Below are positions 29,564 to 43,492 of a stretch of DNA of 64,000 nucleotides, in pieces. The notes under the pieces are model-generated. The model worked only from the letters and a program-made list of their open reading frames with translations. It searched no databases and was not told where the DNA came from. This stretch comes from Lingula anatina (Eukaryota; Animalia; Brachiopoda): the NCBI GenBank assembly GCA_051362555.1, contig CM120646.1, positions 10,912,001 to 10,976,000 on the forward strand, in the 5' to 3' direction. Positions within the stretch are counted from its first letter, which is position 1. Each line of letters begins with the position of its first letter. The translations under genes and the position numbers were made by a program.

Positions 29564-30115
29564 GATAGCCTAAAACGAGGCTGTCAGTAAGCCTAAAACG
29601 AGGCTGTCGGTGTAAAGAAACTGAGGAAATCCGCCCTCCATTTAGTTATATGGTTAGGGTAAGCCTGACCTAAGTGGATCAAAATCTAGGGCGAGGCTTA
29701 CCTGTACAAATGAATGGGAAGCGGACTCTCTATCACGGGGGACTCTCTGTCATGTGTGGTATTGTGTGGCGTCATACGAGACTAGAAACTTGCGAGATAC
29801 TACGTGAGGTGGGGTTTACTTTACAACGAAAAAGTTGAAACTTTACACTGGACATGTCGTCTTTACACTGGACATCACGCAAACCCTAGTAAATTCGCAA
29901 TCTTGTTGAATGTAGACTGAAATTCGACAGAATTTAAAAGAGAAAACAACCAGAAAAAGATCGGTAAATTCTGTCAGCTTTTATTCGTTCCTCTACCGCT
30001 TTCAGTACAGGTATTCCGTCATTATTTCTGACCCCACTCTCTTACATATCCAACAAAATCTCGCTTGATTTCACGCCAAGCTGCGAGACTTTGAACCACT
30101 ACGCATGATTCGCAT
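29564..30115. repeat. Interspersed repeat, copy 2, with a local 19-bp tandem duplication and an extra ~150-bp insert
   Basis: Collinear motifs with 24905-25270; agcctaaaacgaggctgtc occurs twice at ~29567-29608. Confidence 0.6.
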
Positions 30116-31533
30116 TGTGACTCACTTTCCCAAGTACGGAACAAAAATCATTACCTTCGTCCAACTTAACGATGTTTCATGAAGCCGACAAAGTTTAAAA
30201 CATGATAGAAACACCTGGAGCATGAAGAGAACGGGGTTTTTACTTGTTAAAAAAGATTGCAACAATAGGTACTTTGATTTCCTTCAAGGAAACCGTAAAT
30301 ATATGAGAAACCTTTTAATGCAGGAGTAATTCATATAAATAGGATATAATTTCCTATACTCTCGTTCACTGACTCATAAATCCCGGAAATTTTATCCAAG
30401 AAATTCATTGAAAGTTAATGCATCTTCAGGAGGCTTGAGCTATAGTAATCATCTGCTTATTTTAAAGTCTCAGTAGCAGGGACTTGTTTCGTAAGTGGTA
30501 CTTAAAAAGCAAAATAGACTTTGGGCGTGAGATGAAAAATCGTTAGACTTGGTGTTTGTTAACTAACAATGGGCCGCAGTTACGTGTCGCAACGGGAGTG
30601 TCGTTTATGCCATCTTACTGTTACTTAGTGCCTAGAAAACCCCCACCTTAACTCAGCTGGCCCGTTTCTTAACAAGCGACCTCTCGCCGCTTGCGTCATA
30701 GGAGACTGCGAACACCCGCACGTCGAGGAAATGAGACTGGAGAAAGGTTTCTATGCACTTCTCAGATGCCTGGAATTTGTCCACAATCAAACATGCGGCA
30801 ACCACTGCGCACGCATTTTAACAGTATTTCTTTTTTATTAATGGTGTGAGTATAAATAACAACGTCGTTTCCTTTGTGTACTAACGCATGCTGAGTCATA
30901 GCTTAGCTCTATCTAGTCCCACCCGCTGATCTAAAATAAGAAGACCAGCTTATGGTATTACTTTTGAAATCGGCATAAATGAGTTACACGCGTGGTAATG
31001 TTGCTACTGTAGCTCACACGTACGGCTGCCTTGTGGTGTATGTCGGCAACTTAACATCATCGGAAATTAGATTCCACTCGCTCATGATCAATCATTTTCT
31101 TACGTTAATTTATGAATAAATGTCTGATGCTCAACCACGTACGCTTGCGTGAACAAGTCATGAAACATCACACTGACACGCATACCCGTTCGCACACCTG
31201 CAGTAGGCGACGTATGTTCAAAGGACATTTAGCATTGTTCCATTGAGTAATATTCTTGAAGGGGAATTTTTTTTGAAAAAAAGAACATAGATTTTAATTA
31301 GAATAATAATGAGGAAGTAGGAAATAACAGGGACATGATTTGCAATAAAACTTATGATTCACAAGATAAGCTATGGCTTTATGTATTAGTATTGACGCTT
31401 TTATCACTTTCAGAAGACCATTCTGGGCAAAGTGAGAATTTCAATCAGATAACACTAACTTTTCATCTCTGAAATGGAACCTTTTGCAAAGACATTAAAT
31501 TTTACAGAAACAGAGAAAATAGGAAATTTCCCG

Positions 31534-31596
<63 letters not shown>

Positions 31597-31609
31597 ATAT
31601 GTGTGTGTG
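31534..31609. repeat. Compound (CT)n(GT)n microsatellite
   Basis: Read directly. Other simple repeats: G-run 20344-20367, (AT)n 28877-28908 and 32640-32693, (AG)n 29406-29431, (CT)n 32184-32214, A-run 34770-34797, (CCA)n 35355-35405, (ATATT)n 38364-38411, (AC)n 54925-54958. Confidence 0.95.
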
Positions 31610-32182
31610 TTATCACCGTAAAACACATAAAAAAACTATAGCCGCAAGAACCACATTCCTGACTACTGCAGGGAAGTTTATGTTGTCAATTAATTTCGGT
31701 CGCTTTCATAAAACCGTCCGTGATTGAAGAGCTATGATGCTACGTCTTTAATTTAATGGAGTCTCGCGTACGTTTGTTTACTAATTGGTTCACTTTTGAA
31801 GATGCAATCAACGTTCCCTCGGGCATGAATGATGTGAAGGTTTCCACCGTAAGAACGACTCTCATTTGTGACGGTCGTACATATTTTTCCATTTGGCCTG
31901 GAATATATTGAGTCTAAGCGTTAAATAAGAGATATTGCGACAGGTCACTCCGTGAAGCAGAGACAGAACCAATTGGAGATATTGGATTGCGAGTAATAAA
32001 CTAGTGATTAATAACGCAGCTCTGGTTTTATCGTCTCAATTCACTGTACTATCAATCTCCAGGCTTGATTAAGATTGTACCATAAAGGGATCAATTAGGG
32101 GAGAGAAAGCAATGATTGTACTTTTAATCATGGGATACCTCGTTCTCACTTGTACATGTAGTAGTCATCTTTTCCGTTCGTA

Positions 32183-32217
<35 letters not shown>

Positions 32218-32636
32218 GCCACACATACACATAACTATTTCACTGTGCACACACTCCACACCCAAATTATGTGCACAAGTCAACACATACCTACACATAT
32301 ACTAGTGCGAGTATACATTAAGGGGTTTGAACTCCCAAGAAGCATTGATAACCCTGATATTTTGTCTTTTTCACACAAATAACACTTAAAATAATATCTA
32401 AACCGAACAACAACATACCTTGGCTTTCTTCGCTCCAAAAGTGCCAATGAAATATAGCAAAGTTGCTGTGCTGGTGTATGCGGTCAGATTCAGTGAACCT
32501 ATCGATGCATACTAAAATCGGCCGAATCGAGGCATAAGACAAAGTTCAGCGCCTTTGCTTGTGAGTTCAACCCCCTCCCCCCTTGTACATGCACGCGTGT
32601 ATACTCATTGATGCATTTTAAATGTACAAAAAATTG

Positions 32637-32697
<61 letters not shown>

Positions 32698-35600
32698 GCA
32701 TTTGACCTGAACTGGAATATGCCCCAAGTTCTGAAATTAAAGTCAATGGTCGACTGACCGTTGCAAACTCTGGACTTAATTGAAGTTGTCACATGGACTC
32801 AAAACGCTTCGGTACAGGTACCTAGCTGATGTTAGTTATAGATTGACACGCATTTAACTAGTTCTACTAGTTCTGCCTTAGCTATAGCTTGGTCATGGAC
32901 TGCATTTAGGTAACATACACGAGTTGGTATTTATTGAGTTCTCCTTCTAGCTTTTTTTTCTTATATTGATGGTATCTGAAGGGTATTCAGGTACAAAGTG
33001 TGATGCTTCAAAAACTAATACACTGTTTGATGAGATATCAAATCGAAATGAACTAACAGACGCGGAAAGGTGTTTATTGAGTTGTTCTTTATTTCCCCCA
33101 CTTTTTTTGTTTTATAACCTTTCATACGAGTTCGTCTATTTCCGTCTCATCGATGCATATTAACATCCAACACCCACCCTGGTCATTCACCTATAACCAG
33201 CATATGCAGTGACGCGGTTTCAGTGACTGAAAACGATATTTGGGAGCTGGCTCTAGAAGAGGGGTTTCAAAACCAATGCAAAACTGAAGGTTGCTTACCA
33301 CTACGAGAAGAGATAATTGAATACCCGGTGGCTCAATCCATTTTCTGAATTCTGGTTGCAGGGCGAATACCAAGCAGTGGTCCTTAGATCATTAATAAAA
33401 TAGTGATTTGCAATTCATTAACTTGCAAACGTGTCCCATTTCGACGATTTACTGGGGACACTTAATAGCCTCGACTGACCTACTGAAATTTCCACTTAAA
33501 GGAGTATTCCCTATTTGATTGGAAGATAAAGTTGACACACTGTTTGAACCTTAGCCGCCGCTTATGTTTTAAACATGCCCTATCGCCACCTTTTATCGCG
33601 TCGTATTGAATTTATAGCATGTATTCACGATAAGATGAACTTGCCACCTTGGCAAAATTTCATATCGCAAAACCAATCAACGCCAAATGCTAAATTGTCA
33701 TTCTCTTGCTGATATATTGGAAGGAGTGATAGCCCCATTTCCCTGACGAAAATGTTTGTGTCAAAATAATGAAAGTTTGCTGGAATTGATGATTTTATTG
33801 TATTATCAGTAGTAGTTTATCGTATTTGTAAGCATTACCATGGGGTATATTTTTGTGATGGTAAGGATAAAAAAAATCCAATCGCCTATTACTTTTGCGA
33901 TCAATTCTGCTATTTCTTTGCATATAAAAAGGTGGGTTGTGGACGTATGCATGCGTGCATGTAAGAATCATAGTGTGCGCGTGTGTGAGAGAGAGTTGTT
34001 TAGTCTTCATCTGCATATGTCAAGAAAAAGCATTGTTTTGTAATAAAACATATGGTGCACATAACGCCAGGTGCAGCCTCTGATCAGAAAAATCTAACTT
34101 TTTTATAGATTCATTTATTTATTTATTTATAGTATTTATTTATAGATATTTACAAAAAAATGTACGTTTTGTATGTCACTTAGTAAGCAGCGCCACCTTT
34201 GTCAAGAGCAGCGGTAAATATTTATTCCTGTTCCTTCATCGTACCGCTCTCTTGAGAACTGATCCAAAGTCTACAGGTTTGGCATTAAGGCAAAAAGATC
34301 AATATTTGAAACAGACTTTAAGTCAACTAGGTACTGATTGATGAAAGATAGCGAGATTGTTCGCGAGTAGATTGTAGACAAATTAAACTGAAACGAGTGT
34401 CTTTGGGGAGGCTTTGTTTCTCTTGTAGGATTGTTCTTTGAATGAAATGAGTATAAACAAAGATTAGTGTGTCTTGTAGAGCGTGAACCCAGGTTTGCGA
34501 TCTGTGACACTTGTACGCATATCAATATTCCCTTGGGTATGAGTGAGTGGCATTTAATTTTGGAGCAAACGCTCTCACCGGCTTCTCAATCAATTTTCAT
34601 CATCTTCATGTTCTTTGTCTTTGGGTGATGTTTTGCCAGAATTTGTTTTTAAGATACGATCGTTTAGGCATTGCGTCCCAACCTAAGTCAAGATGCAAGA
34701 TTAAGTTGTTAGTCTAACATGTGAAATGACATTACAATGGCCGCCCTTAATACCATAAAACACCACTTCAAAAAAAAAAAAAAAAAAAAAAAAAAAAGCA
34801 CGCGGTTTCAAAGTTTTCGTAGGTACAGTGTGACAATATCAGGATGTAGACCTGTACATAGAAAATATACCATGAAAGCTTGTTGACGTTGACTACCTTT
34901 ATAAGTTCTTTATTTGATGCTGTGGTGGGAAAATGGATTCGATTCTATAAAGCGTGTGCATTATTTCCCCAAGGTGTGCGACAGTCAGTTTATTTAATTT
35001 GTAGGAACGTTGCTCTCTAAAATGGGTGGAAAACAAATGAAAACACCCGTGTCAGGACGCCCGGGCCGGAGGCATAGTTGATAAAGATTGAATTCAAGTT
35101 GGCCATTGGGTTCTATATGGGTTCCGTGATGGGTTGGCATAGATGCCAAACAAGGCTGGTATACTAGATGGGTTTAACAAGGGTTCGAATAGCCCATACA
35201 AACATATATGAAACTTATGGCCAAACCAAAGACCCAGGGGGCAACTTGCCCACCATTTACACAAGTGTTCCCAGGCTGGTAGGAATTCTCTCATGCCGTC
35301 CCTCTTTATCACTTCCCCATTGAAAGTGGATGCAGCCCCCCCCCCTTCACACACACCACCACCACCACCACCACCACCACCACCACCAACAACAACAACA
35401 CCACCCTCTCGCTCTCTCATGTCATTATTTTTCTATGGTATTCATATATTTAGTGACGTGCATCATCTAAGACATCATGCGCCAGACCTCAAAGCCGAAA
35501 ATGACAAAGAAAGTTTTTCAAGGTGTTTCTGTTTAAAATGATGTTAGTATTTTTTTAACATCGCCAGTTTCCAACAAAAACTTTTGAAGCAATATCAAAA

Positions 35601-37399
35601 TGTCTCTTAACACGCACCATGCCATTTCTTCAAGCCGTTTTAATCGGTTCTCTTCGGCAACATGTTACGGACTCGGTAGCAGTGATAAATGACATGCAGA
35701 TTAACCAGACTGTAGTCAACATATTTGAAGTGGATTTCGACAGCTTGTGCTTCAGGGGCTTTTTCACTTCAGACGGTTGATAATCAAACAAAGACCCAAG
35801 ATTTATGATTCCCACATTTATAAAACATAGATTTTACAGATTACTTTGTCTGTTTTGGTGCACTGTTGTTGGTTCTTTTGGAGCATTTTAGTAGTTGCAT
35901 TCGTAATAACAGCTTAAGCTGAGTGATAATACAAACACGTCAGACCGCATATACAACGGTTATTACTTTTTGTTAATACTTGTAGGAAAAAAGTACCTTT
36001 GTTTTTTGCTTTCTTATTGTCTTGACACATTGGACGCCTTGAGCTTAATCACACATCGGTGAGTGTGCTGCATACAAAACAAATAAGATAGTCTAGTTTG
36101 CTTTATTTAGGACCAAATGTTAGAATATACTTTAGAACTAATAACAAAGCGTTATTCCGACGCAGTACATATTTCTTGCTTATTTTAATAAGCATAATAA
36201 AACATATTAACTAAGCTAACTTTCAACTAAGGGGGAATTATGAAATCTAATACACCTTGAAGGATTCGACAAAAATGGGTTGTTCGGCAAGTTGATTGCA
36301 TATCTGAAAGAATAAATCTAATGGTTGTATAAGCGAGATAGTTGTGTCAATAGCCTATGGAGCTCAAGTGGCCATACAAAATGCACAATGTCACACATCT
36401 TGAAAAGATACAAGTATAAACTTTTGTTAAGAACAGTCTGGGTAAAAGATGCCAAAAATTATATTCATTGTTCAAGTGTCTCAATTTCTTAATACAAACT
36501 ATCAGTCATTTGATGTAGGTAATCATCTTGTTCCTCGTGTGATTCCATCATTATTGCAACCATTCAGTAAAGATGTCGGTTCCATGCTCCTCATGGAACA
36601 GGATGTGGCAGTTGTCGATGACGAGTCTTCGCTCTTTATCTTTGTTTCTTAACCTGTTTAAATGCCATGTCTATTTAATCTGACTTTTTACCGAACTGAA
36701 AAGGGTTAGATTGGCCCTATGAAATGCATATAGTTGCATACCGCAATACTTTGTTCAAGAAACGAAAAAAAAAAAAAACGCAAAAACACGCTTCACTGAA
36801 ATTTTCTATCACACACACTAGCTCACACTCTTTCACATTTACATTTACATTTATTTATCTAAAAGCTGATATAAGGTCACCAGAGAGTCAATTATGCAAA
36901 GTACTTAACAGTACCAACAAAGATAATTTTTTCTGCCTCTTCAATTTTATAACAAAATCATTCAAGAAAAGAAATTAAGTGGTTGCTTGGTAACTCTTAG
37001 CATATTCCTAGAATAATGTCAGTGTATCGTCCCACTGTTGTGAGCAGTGACTCGGAAGTGTGACTGAACATGGCACATGGTCAAAAGTCACAATATTTAT
37101 ATCTTTGTATGTAACTGCATTGTTTATCTATCTATTTCTTTATGTAATTGTAGTTCTCCCTCCCTTCCTTGTAAGTTTGAACTGTCCCATATTGTGTACC
37201 ATATGATATAGCCATATGCTCGATTTGTGTTTATGGTAAATTTATAATCCCACCAAAATGTTAGATCTCACCGCCTAGCTTGAACATTTTATTAGTAACG
37301 AAACTAGTACATCTGTTCATTATATACAAAAATAAATTGAGAAGAATTTCATCAGCTGTGTACATGTTAAGTTACAAGAATGATGTGATTTTTTCTTCA

Positions 37400-37809
37400 G
37401 ACAACAGCTAATATTGAGATATTTCGATGTCTATCAGGACATCTTCAGGGAATGAGGGTATCCAGGTGAATAGCCTCTACTTAGGAGGTGTAATCCCCCC
37501 CCCCCCTATTGTCTTAGGAAAGGGAGGTAGAGGTCAAGGAGGATGGCACCATCATTTCTGTTGAGACTGGCCCCTGTCTTTTTGATGTGGATGGCTTCTA
37601 GGACTTTTCTGTAATGTTCCCTTGGTTCACTGTCAATCACCTTGATTTTGTCGATTATAGGACCAGTGGAACGGGATGATCAGTGTCAGAGAGAATAGCC
37701 GAACACCAAAAATCGGTCAATAATAGAGACAGCAAGTCAGCATTAAGCCAGCATGAGGAACGACATAAAGTAGCATATGGTCCTATAATCGACAAAATCA
37801 AGGTGATTG
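37400..37809. mobile_element. Penelope-like retroelement relic (GIY-YIG endonuclease C-terminus) with an internal inversion
   Basis: Plus strand ~37688-37808 reads RERIAEHQKSVNNRDSKSALSQHEERH...IIDKIKVI. Minus strand from ~37665 reads KIKVIDSEPREHYRKVLEAIHIKKTGASLNRNDG...LYLP. These match recalled Penelope GIY-YIG motifs (RxxEH, SALxxH, LEAIHI, LNRxxG). A 32-bp perfect inverted duplication lies at 37634-37665 / 37778-37809. Confidence 0.8.
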
Positions 37810-37940
37810 GATAAATGACGTTACTAAGCAGGAAACAGCAAAAAATAATTAATTATGGGACTAACAGTGTACATACACTTTACAGCATAGCAAGAAACAA
37901 ACACATACCTTTATTAATTAGCATGGATATTTAGAGTGAT

Positions 37941-38107
37941 TTCAGAACAGCGGACAAACAGATCCGCGGGTCAAATATGGCGACTCACTTAAAAGCTAAT
38001 TAATTCCCGATTAGACACTGAATAGATTCCCCACGGGGATTACGCAACGCGCTATCAAGCGGGTCTGCCATATTTGATCTGCGGATGTTTCAGTTCGCTG
38101 TTCTGAA
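37941..38107. mobile_element. Palindromic MITE
   Basis: ttcagaacagcg...atccgcgggtcaaatatggc is inverted as gccatatttgatctgcggat...cgctgttctgaa. Confidence 0.7.
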
Positions 38108-38126
38108 CCTGTGCGCTCTTGTACTA

Positions 38127-38343
38127 AGACCCCATTTCCAGAGATTTGATCGATCTACTTTAGATCGACCTAACTCCCTGGGGGTTCACGCTAAATAGCT
38201 GTCAGCCGGGCAGACACGAAAGTTAATTACCCCCTTACAGCTTGTAGTAGGCGGGACGGACATTTAAGACGGATTATCTGACAGTTATCAAGTGAGACTC
38301 CCCGCGGGGATAGATCGATCTAAAAGCTCTGGGAATACAGCCT
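38127..38343. mobile_element. Palindromic MITE of the 3451/21026 family
   Basis: ttccagag...tagatcgacctaactccc...ctgtcag is inverted as ctgacag...gatagatcgatcta...ctctgggaa. The internal ttaattacccc...gtaggcg is shared with the 21026 copy. Confidence 0.7.
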
Positions 38344-39210
38344 AAGACCTATGTGGCTCCACAATTATATTATATTATATTATATTATATTATATTATAT
38401 TATATTATATTTATCTCTCGTAAGGAAGACTACGTCTCTTCCGGTAACATATAGATAGAGAATTTGGATATGTTTCTGTAATGTCGGGTGTATTGTTTCA
38501 GGCCGACCCAAGTAGGAATTCGGACCTAAATCAACGTCGTATGTGATATTGTTTAAATAAAAACCAAACATAAGATTCCTCTCAGTATTGACATTCATAT
38601 TTTCTCTCACATTCTCTCTCATTCCTAAAGCATATACGTCCACATGTTTTGTACACGTGGGAATTCCCAAAATACAAGAACTATTGTCTCCTTGGCAATG
38701 TTATGTAGCTAGCATTAATGGGATTTTTTATTTATTTTCATTAAATATGAGTTTTTGCAAAAGATTATGCAGTTTATTCTGAACTACAGTATCTTATATT
38801 TGGTATCATCTGTCTCGTTGAAATCATTATATATTTTAATATATTTTAAAATGTCATCTATTTTATATTATTTCTTCATAGTCTTTGTGCCATTTGTCTG
38901 TTGCTTTTTTTCGAGTTTTTAGAGGTAATTCTGATAGAAATATCTTGCCGGTTGCGAAATGCTGTTTATTGTATTTGTTTCCTTGCATAGTTTGTATAGA
39001 TATTTATCGTTAGTCAAAACAGAATTTCACCATTGAGCTTGAATACTATTTTGGCTACTCATGTAGTCTAAAAATTGACATTTAGTTGCTTGTACACTTA
39101 GTTGCTGGTAAATGTTTTGTTTTCATTTCCCGTACAGTGCTGGTCCGTACAAAATATTCATCATTATGTGATCATATGTGGTAATTTATATTCTTATGGA
39201 GAATTCACAT

Positions 39211-42200
39211 TTAGTTTCTTTTCCACCATTCAAAAGCCTGTGTTGCGACGACTGCTCCGTCAGCACTATCGTACGGGTTGATAGCTTGGTTCACGCGGAA
39301 GTTCGTAGTTTTCCCGAGAATCTCGACTGTGACGTCAACGTTGGACCACTTTCCGGAAGTTGGAACGAAGTTGGCTTGGTCGTAGGAGGCCTGAAATGTG
39401 TTTTTAAAGATTCGATGAAAGATTTTATCTGGTATATAGTTGTAAACATATCTTACATGATAAAGTAAAAGATAATGCCTGATTGAGAGTCGATACTCTA
39501 GACTTTACAAAAGTAACCCTAGGGTCCTCTTTGCAACCCCACAAATTATGTACAGTAGGTACAGGAATGTTTATGAATAAAAAATAACTTATGCTGACTG
39601 ATCGCATCATAATAGTCCTATGGATAATTAATCCTATTGGAAATTTTATATATGTTTTTATTACTTTGATCATCATATTAGTACAGGCAATGCGTTTCAA
39701 GACAGTTTATTTGTGGGGCTACATATATATATATATATATAATAAAAGCGGCCTTAAATTAGCCAAAACTCGAACAACACATTCCCTGTGCTGTTTGTTT
39801 ACTTTGTACAGATAATGGCGTGATTTTTTGTGGTAATTTGAGATGGGACAAACAAACCTTAAACACAACGATACCAGAAACAACTTGGAAAGCAAGTGCA
39901 TCTAAGATTTTAAGTGTAGATCACAGTTGAACACTTGTATAAAAAGGTTTAGAATAAGCCTTACCCTAATGCATTAAATTCGACGAAAGCGCCCCGTTCA
40001 CTCGTATCAGGCGCTGACATAAACGGTGTGGCAGAGAAGCCTTACAATAACCACTAGAAAAGTACATAGATACCGTTCTCCTTTGTGGGACATTTTGTAA
40101 TGTAATTTACCTTCATCAGAGCAATGAGGTGAGAACGCTAAGTTTAGATTGACGTCATTGTCACGTGGTGTTGCACGCAAAAAGGGTACCTTGGCATTAG
40201 AGTATCGTACTAGGTCTACAAATACTTACTGCCTTGACTCTGTAGTTAGCGTTTTGTGTAGGCACCTTAGCCAACCAGCTGTAGGTGTTTCTGGCACTTT
40301 CATAGGCAACGCGAGCCGATGAGTACCCTGGGCAAGCTAGATAGAGAATAATTTAATGAGGATTATTACACAATTTTTGACTACATTTGGACTTACATGT
40401 ACCTTACAATGCCCATTAATGTTTAGAAGGCATTGTAATTTCAAACATTGTTTAAAACGTTGTGTGTGTGACCAGAAAATGTCACGAAATTTAGGTACAT
40501 GTAAATACACCAGTCAGATAAAGAGAGAGAGAGAGAGAGTAGATTTCAAACAAGTGCCACCTATCTTAACTATTTTACCCATGTACGCATTCTGTGGTCA
40601 ATTCAGAAGACAATTGTTCATTTTGCACATCTTGATTAGCATCACGGGCACTGACTGATAATCATAAATATTTAAGTTTTGATTAACCAACGGTCAATGA
40701 CCGCTTTATTACGATGCAGATGTCGTTTAAAATGCAGTACTGGATTAATAAAACAGGGGCCAAAAAGAGTGCCTTCCATTGAAGAATGCGATTGCTGTGT
40801 CAACACTCAATTTAAATGTGTTAGTTGAGAACCTTACCGTTATTTGCATTCACGTTACACCAGGAGCATTGATCCTGGTACTTCTTGCAGGCTTCCCCGG
40901 CATTTCTCTCGATTTCACCACAAGAGGGCTCTGCGCGCTTGGCAAGGGATCTGCGTTTCCCCCATCCTATTGACAAATAAAAGACTTATCTTTATGAATG
41001 GTGATTGCTCGTGGGTTATTTCAATAATATTGATATTAAAATATATTTATATGAATATCTACATGTATATACTCTCTCTCTCTTTCGGTTACTTAAAACA
41101 ACTTGATTATGAAAATATTATCTTATCTACATACGAAAAAGATATGTATAAAGCAAAATATAGAAAAAACTAATTAAACAAACATGCATGGATCTTAAAT
41201 CAAACTTCAACGTCAATACTTATTCAAACTGAAGTTATTCCTGAAAATACTTCTCAGTAAGTCACCTGAAAATACGTCTTTAATGCCTCCAATGACTTTG
41301 TCAACGACCTGAAAGTCACAGGTTGGCGTTGGGGTTATTAAGAAAGTAATATTTATTCCCCACACATACACTTATAATGGAAATAAACACAATATAAACG
41401 TAAATGAGCACGCTAATAAGAATAACTTTATAATAAACTTGTATTAAGAAAGAGCAAAGTATACAAATACATCACCTCAAATAGAAAAAAAGGAGAATAC
41501 ACGCCCTTCATATAACATGCGAGCGCGGACAATTTTATCAATTCGCAAAGCCAGTCATCAAAAAGATGCTATAAAGCCGATTTAAAACCGATGATTCCAT
41601 AGAAAATTACTTACGTCTTTAGCTTTACTGGCCACAGATCCTCCAAGGTCTCCAATTGTTTTGATGGCACCACTAAAGGTCAGCTCTCTGTGTAGGTAAA
41701 TTTACATAATGTTGAGCACATTCCTATGGGAGACCTTTCACATGGTCTCCCATAGAGGAAAACATCCACATGTTATGGTTCACACGCCTTAGCTAAGCTG
41801 TCCCATTATAAAGCTGATAGCTGAAGCAGATGATAGCTTTGAGTCCGTTCCTTTAGTTGAAATCTTAGATAAACTTTAGTTGAGATCTTGCCTTAACTTT
41901 AAGATGTAATCTTCAGGGTTCTAATTAAAATGTATGTGATTGTACTCCACATAAAGGTTTTATAGCCTAAATGTATTTTACAAAGAGTGCATAATGCTAT
42001 AGAACGAAATATGCTAAAGTCTAGTGGGATACGTCTGATTATTACTTTGTCTTAGTAGACTTAATATTTTGGTCTTGGATGTCTACTTAGAAGCCGTCAT
42101 GGCATGGGTTCTGGTAATGCAGGCAGTTGCAGACTGGATTATAATTGACACGCGCGACATACCGTGCGTTGATAGCAGTCGGCATGCACTGGATTTGCCA

Positions 42201-43492
42201 GAATTTAGATATGGTTTTGACATAATGAACACTATTTGAACAATTCTTCCATTTTTGGCGCACTCTTTAAAATACCTTTAACTTGTCCTTAAATCTAAAA
42301 TTGGAAATCTGAAACTGAATATGTCATTTTTTTGCCTGAGATGGGGAGACATCCATCGTACTGAGTAACGTTGCTAGGGGGCACTTGCACAGAGGAGCTG
42401 AAAAGTTTTTACTATAGCCCCTCAATCAGTTTAAACTTTTGAACTAAATTTAAGACTTTTTCAGTTCAAGATATATCAACATAAGTCCTCTAAAAGTACA
42501 TGCTGGGATGAAACAAGAGCCATGTCTGTCTTGCAATAAAAATTAAAACTGGTAAACTAATCAATTTAATTGGAATAAAACTATTTAATCTTGGCTCAAA
42601 TCGGACGAAACTTTTTGGTTTAAAGGATAATTCCACTTTAAAGTTAAAGTTTTTTTAAACCTCAGCCTCTCTCTCTAAATAACCAATTAACCAACCGGAT
42701 TCTTGGTCGAAATCATTAATGGTAGATACTACACTATGAAAAAGGGTATCAGTTTCTCCTGGCTTAATGGCTGCAGGCATTTAGCAAACAAGTAGCAAGT
42801 TTCCGCATTTACCTGTTACAAGACTTGGCTTTGGCTTTACATTTGTCAACTATGCATGGAACGCAGATTTTCTCCTGGTTAGTTTTAATGAGGTTTTGGC
42901 AGGTTGTCGTAGCGGCCTGGAAGGCACTCTCCTTGGCCTTGTAGTCGTTGTTGGCTGCTTGGATTTGAGTCACAATGTACTGGCCCCCAGAAGACGTCAG
43001 AGCTGGAGAAATCAGTAGTAATTGTTAATCAAACGTACAACAAACATATTTCTGTTTTGCTATTTATCTATTCAGTGTAAGTAAGAATCTGCGGTAAGCT
43101 TTATTTCAAATGCATGAATATAAATACAAATACATGAAAAATCATGCTGTCCGCTTGATATCAAATAAAATAAGTACGAAATAATACATTTATCAAATAT
43201 ATATAAAATGCAAGGTCATTAAAATCAGGTTGTCCGATCTTATGGGAAGCAGCCATATGGCACTTAAATCATAAGCCAGTCTGTTTAGAACGTAATACAA
43301 GCAAGTTATTTACGACCGCAACATTAACTTTTTTGAATCAGTACTGCTAAGTATTGATATTCTGTAAGTTTTTTGTCTCATTGAAGAGACGAATCTATTA
43401 CGACACTCACGCCCTAGAAAGTTACTGCTCAGCTGCGTCACTTGCCCCAGGACACATGGCAGCAAAAGACAGGCGGCAAACACGACCTTCAT
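39211..43492 (-). CDS. Secreted clusterin-like protein A (spliced, 267 aa)
   Basis: Coding exons (minus): 43492-43411, 43002-42813, 41687-41615, 41308-41266, 40966-40838, 40336-40230, 39390-39211. All introns are GT-AG and the frame is open (804 nt). Protein: MKVVFAACLLLPCVLG signal ... GGQYIVTQIQAANND ... CQNLIKTNQEKICVPCIVDKCKAKAKSC ... IGGIKDVFSGWGKRRSLAKR ... CGEIERNAGEACKKYQDQCSWCNVNANNAC PGY ... WLAKV ... VDVTVEILGK ... VVATQAFEWWKRN*. The gene model is well supported; the clusterin label rests on recalled Cys spacing and motifs. Confidence 0.85.

Noticed and set aside
35094-35541. Poly-Gly and poly-Pro ORFs
   Set aside because: Produced by a (CCA)n microsatellite and a C-run.
41724-41755. 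12-bp-stem hairpin (ctatgggagacc...ggtctcccatag) in intron 2 of gene A
   Set aside because: Too short to assign a function, with no target duplication or second copy in the window.
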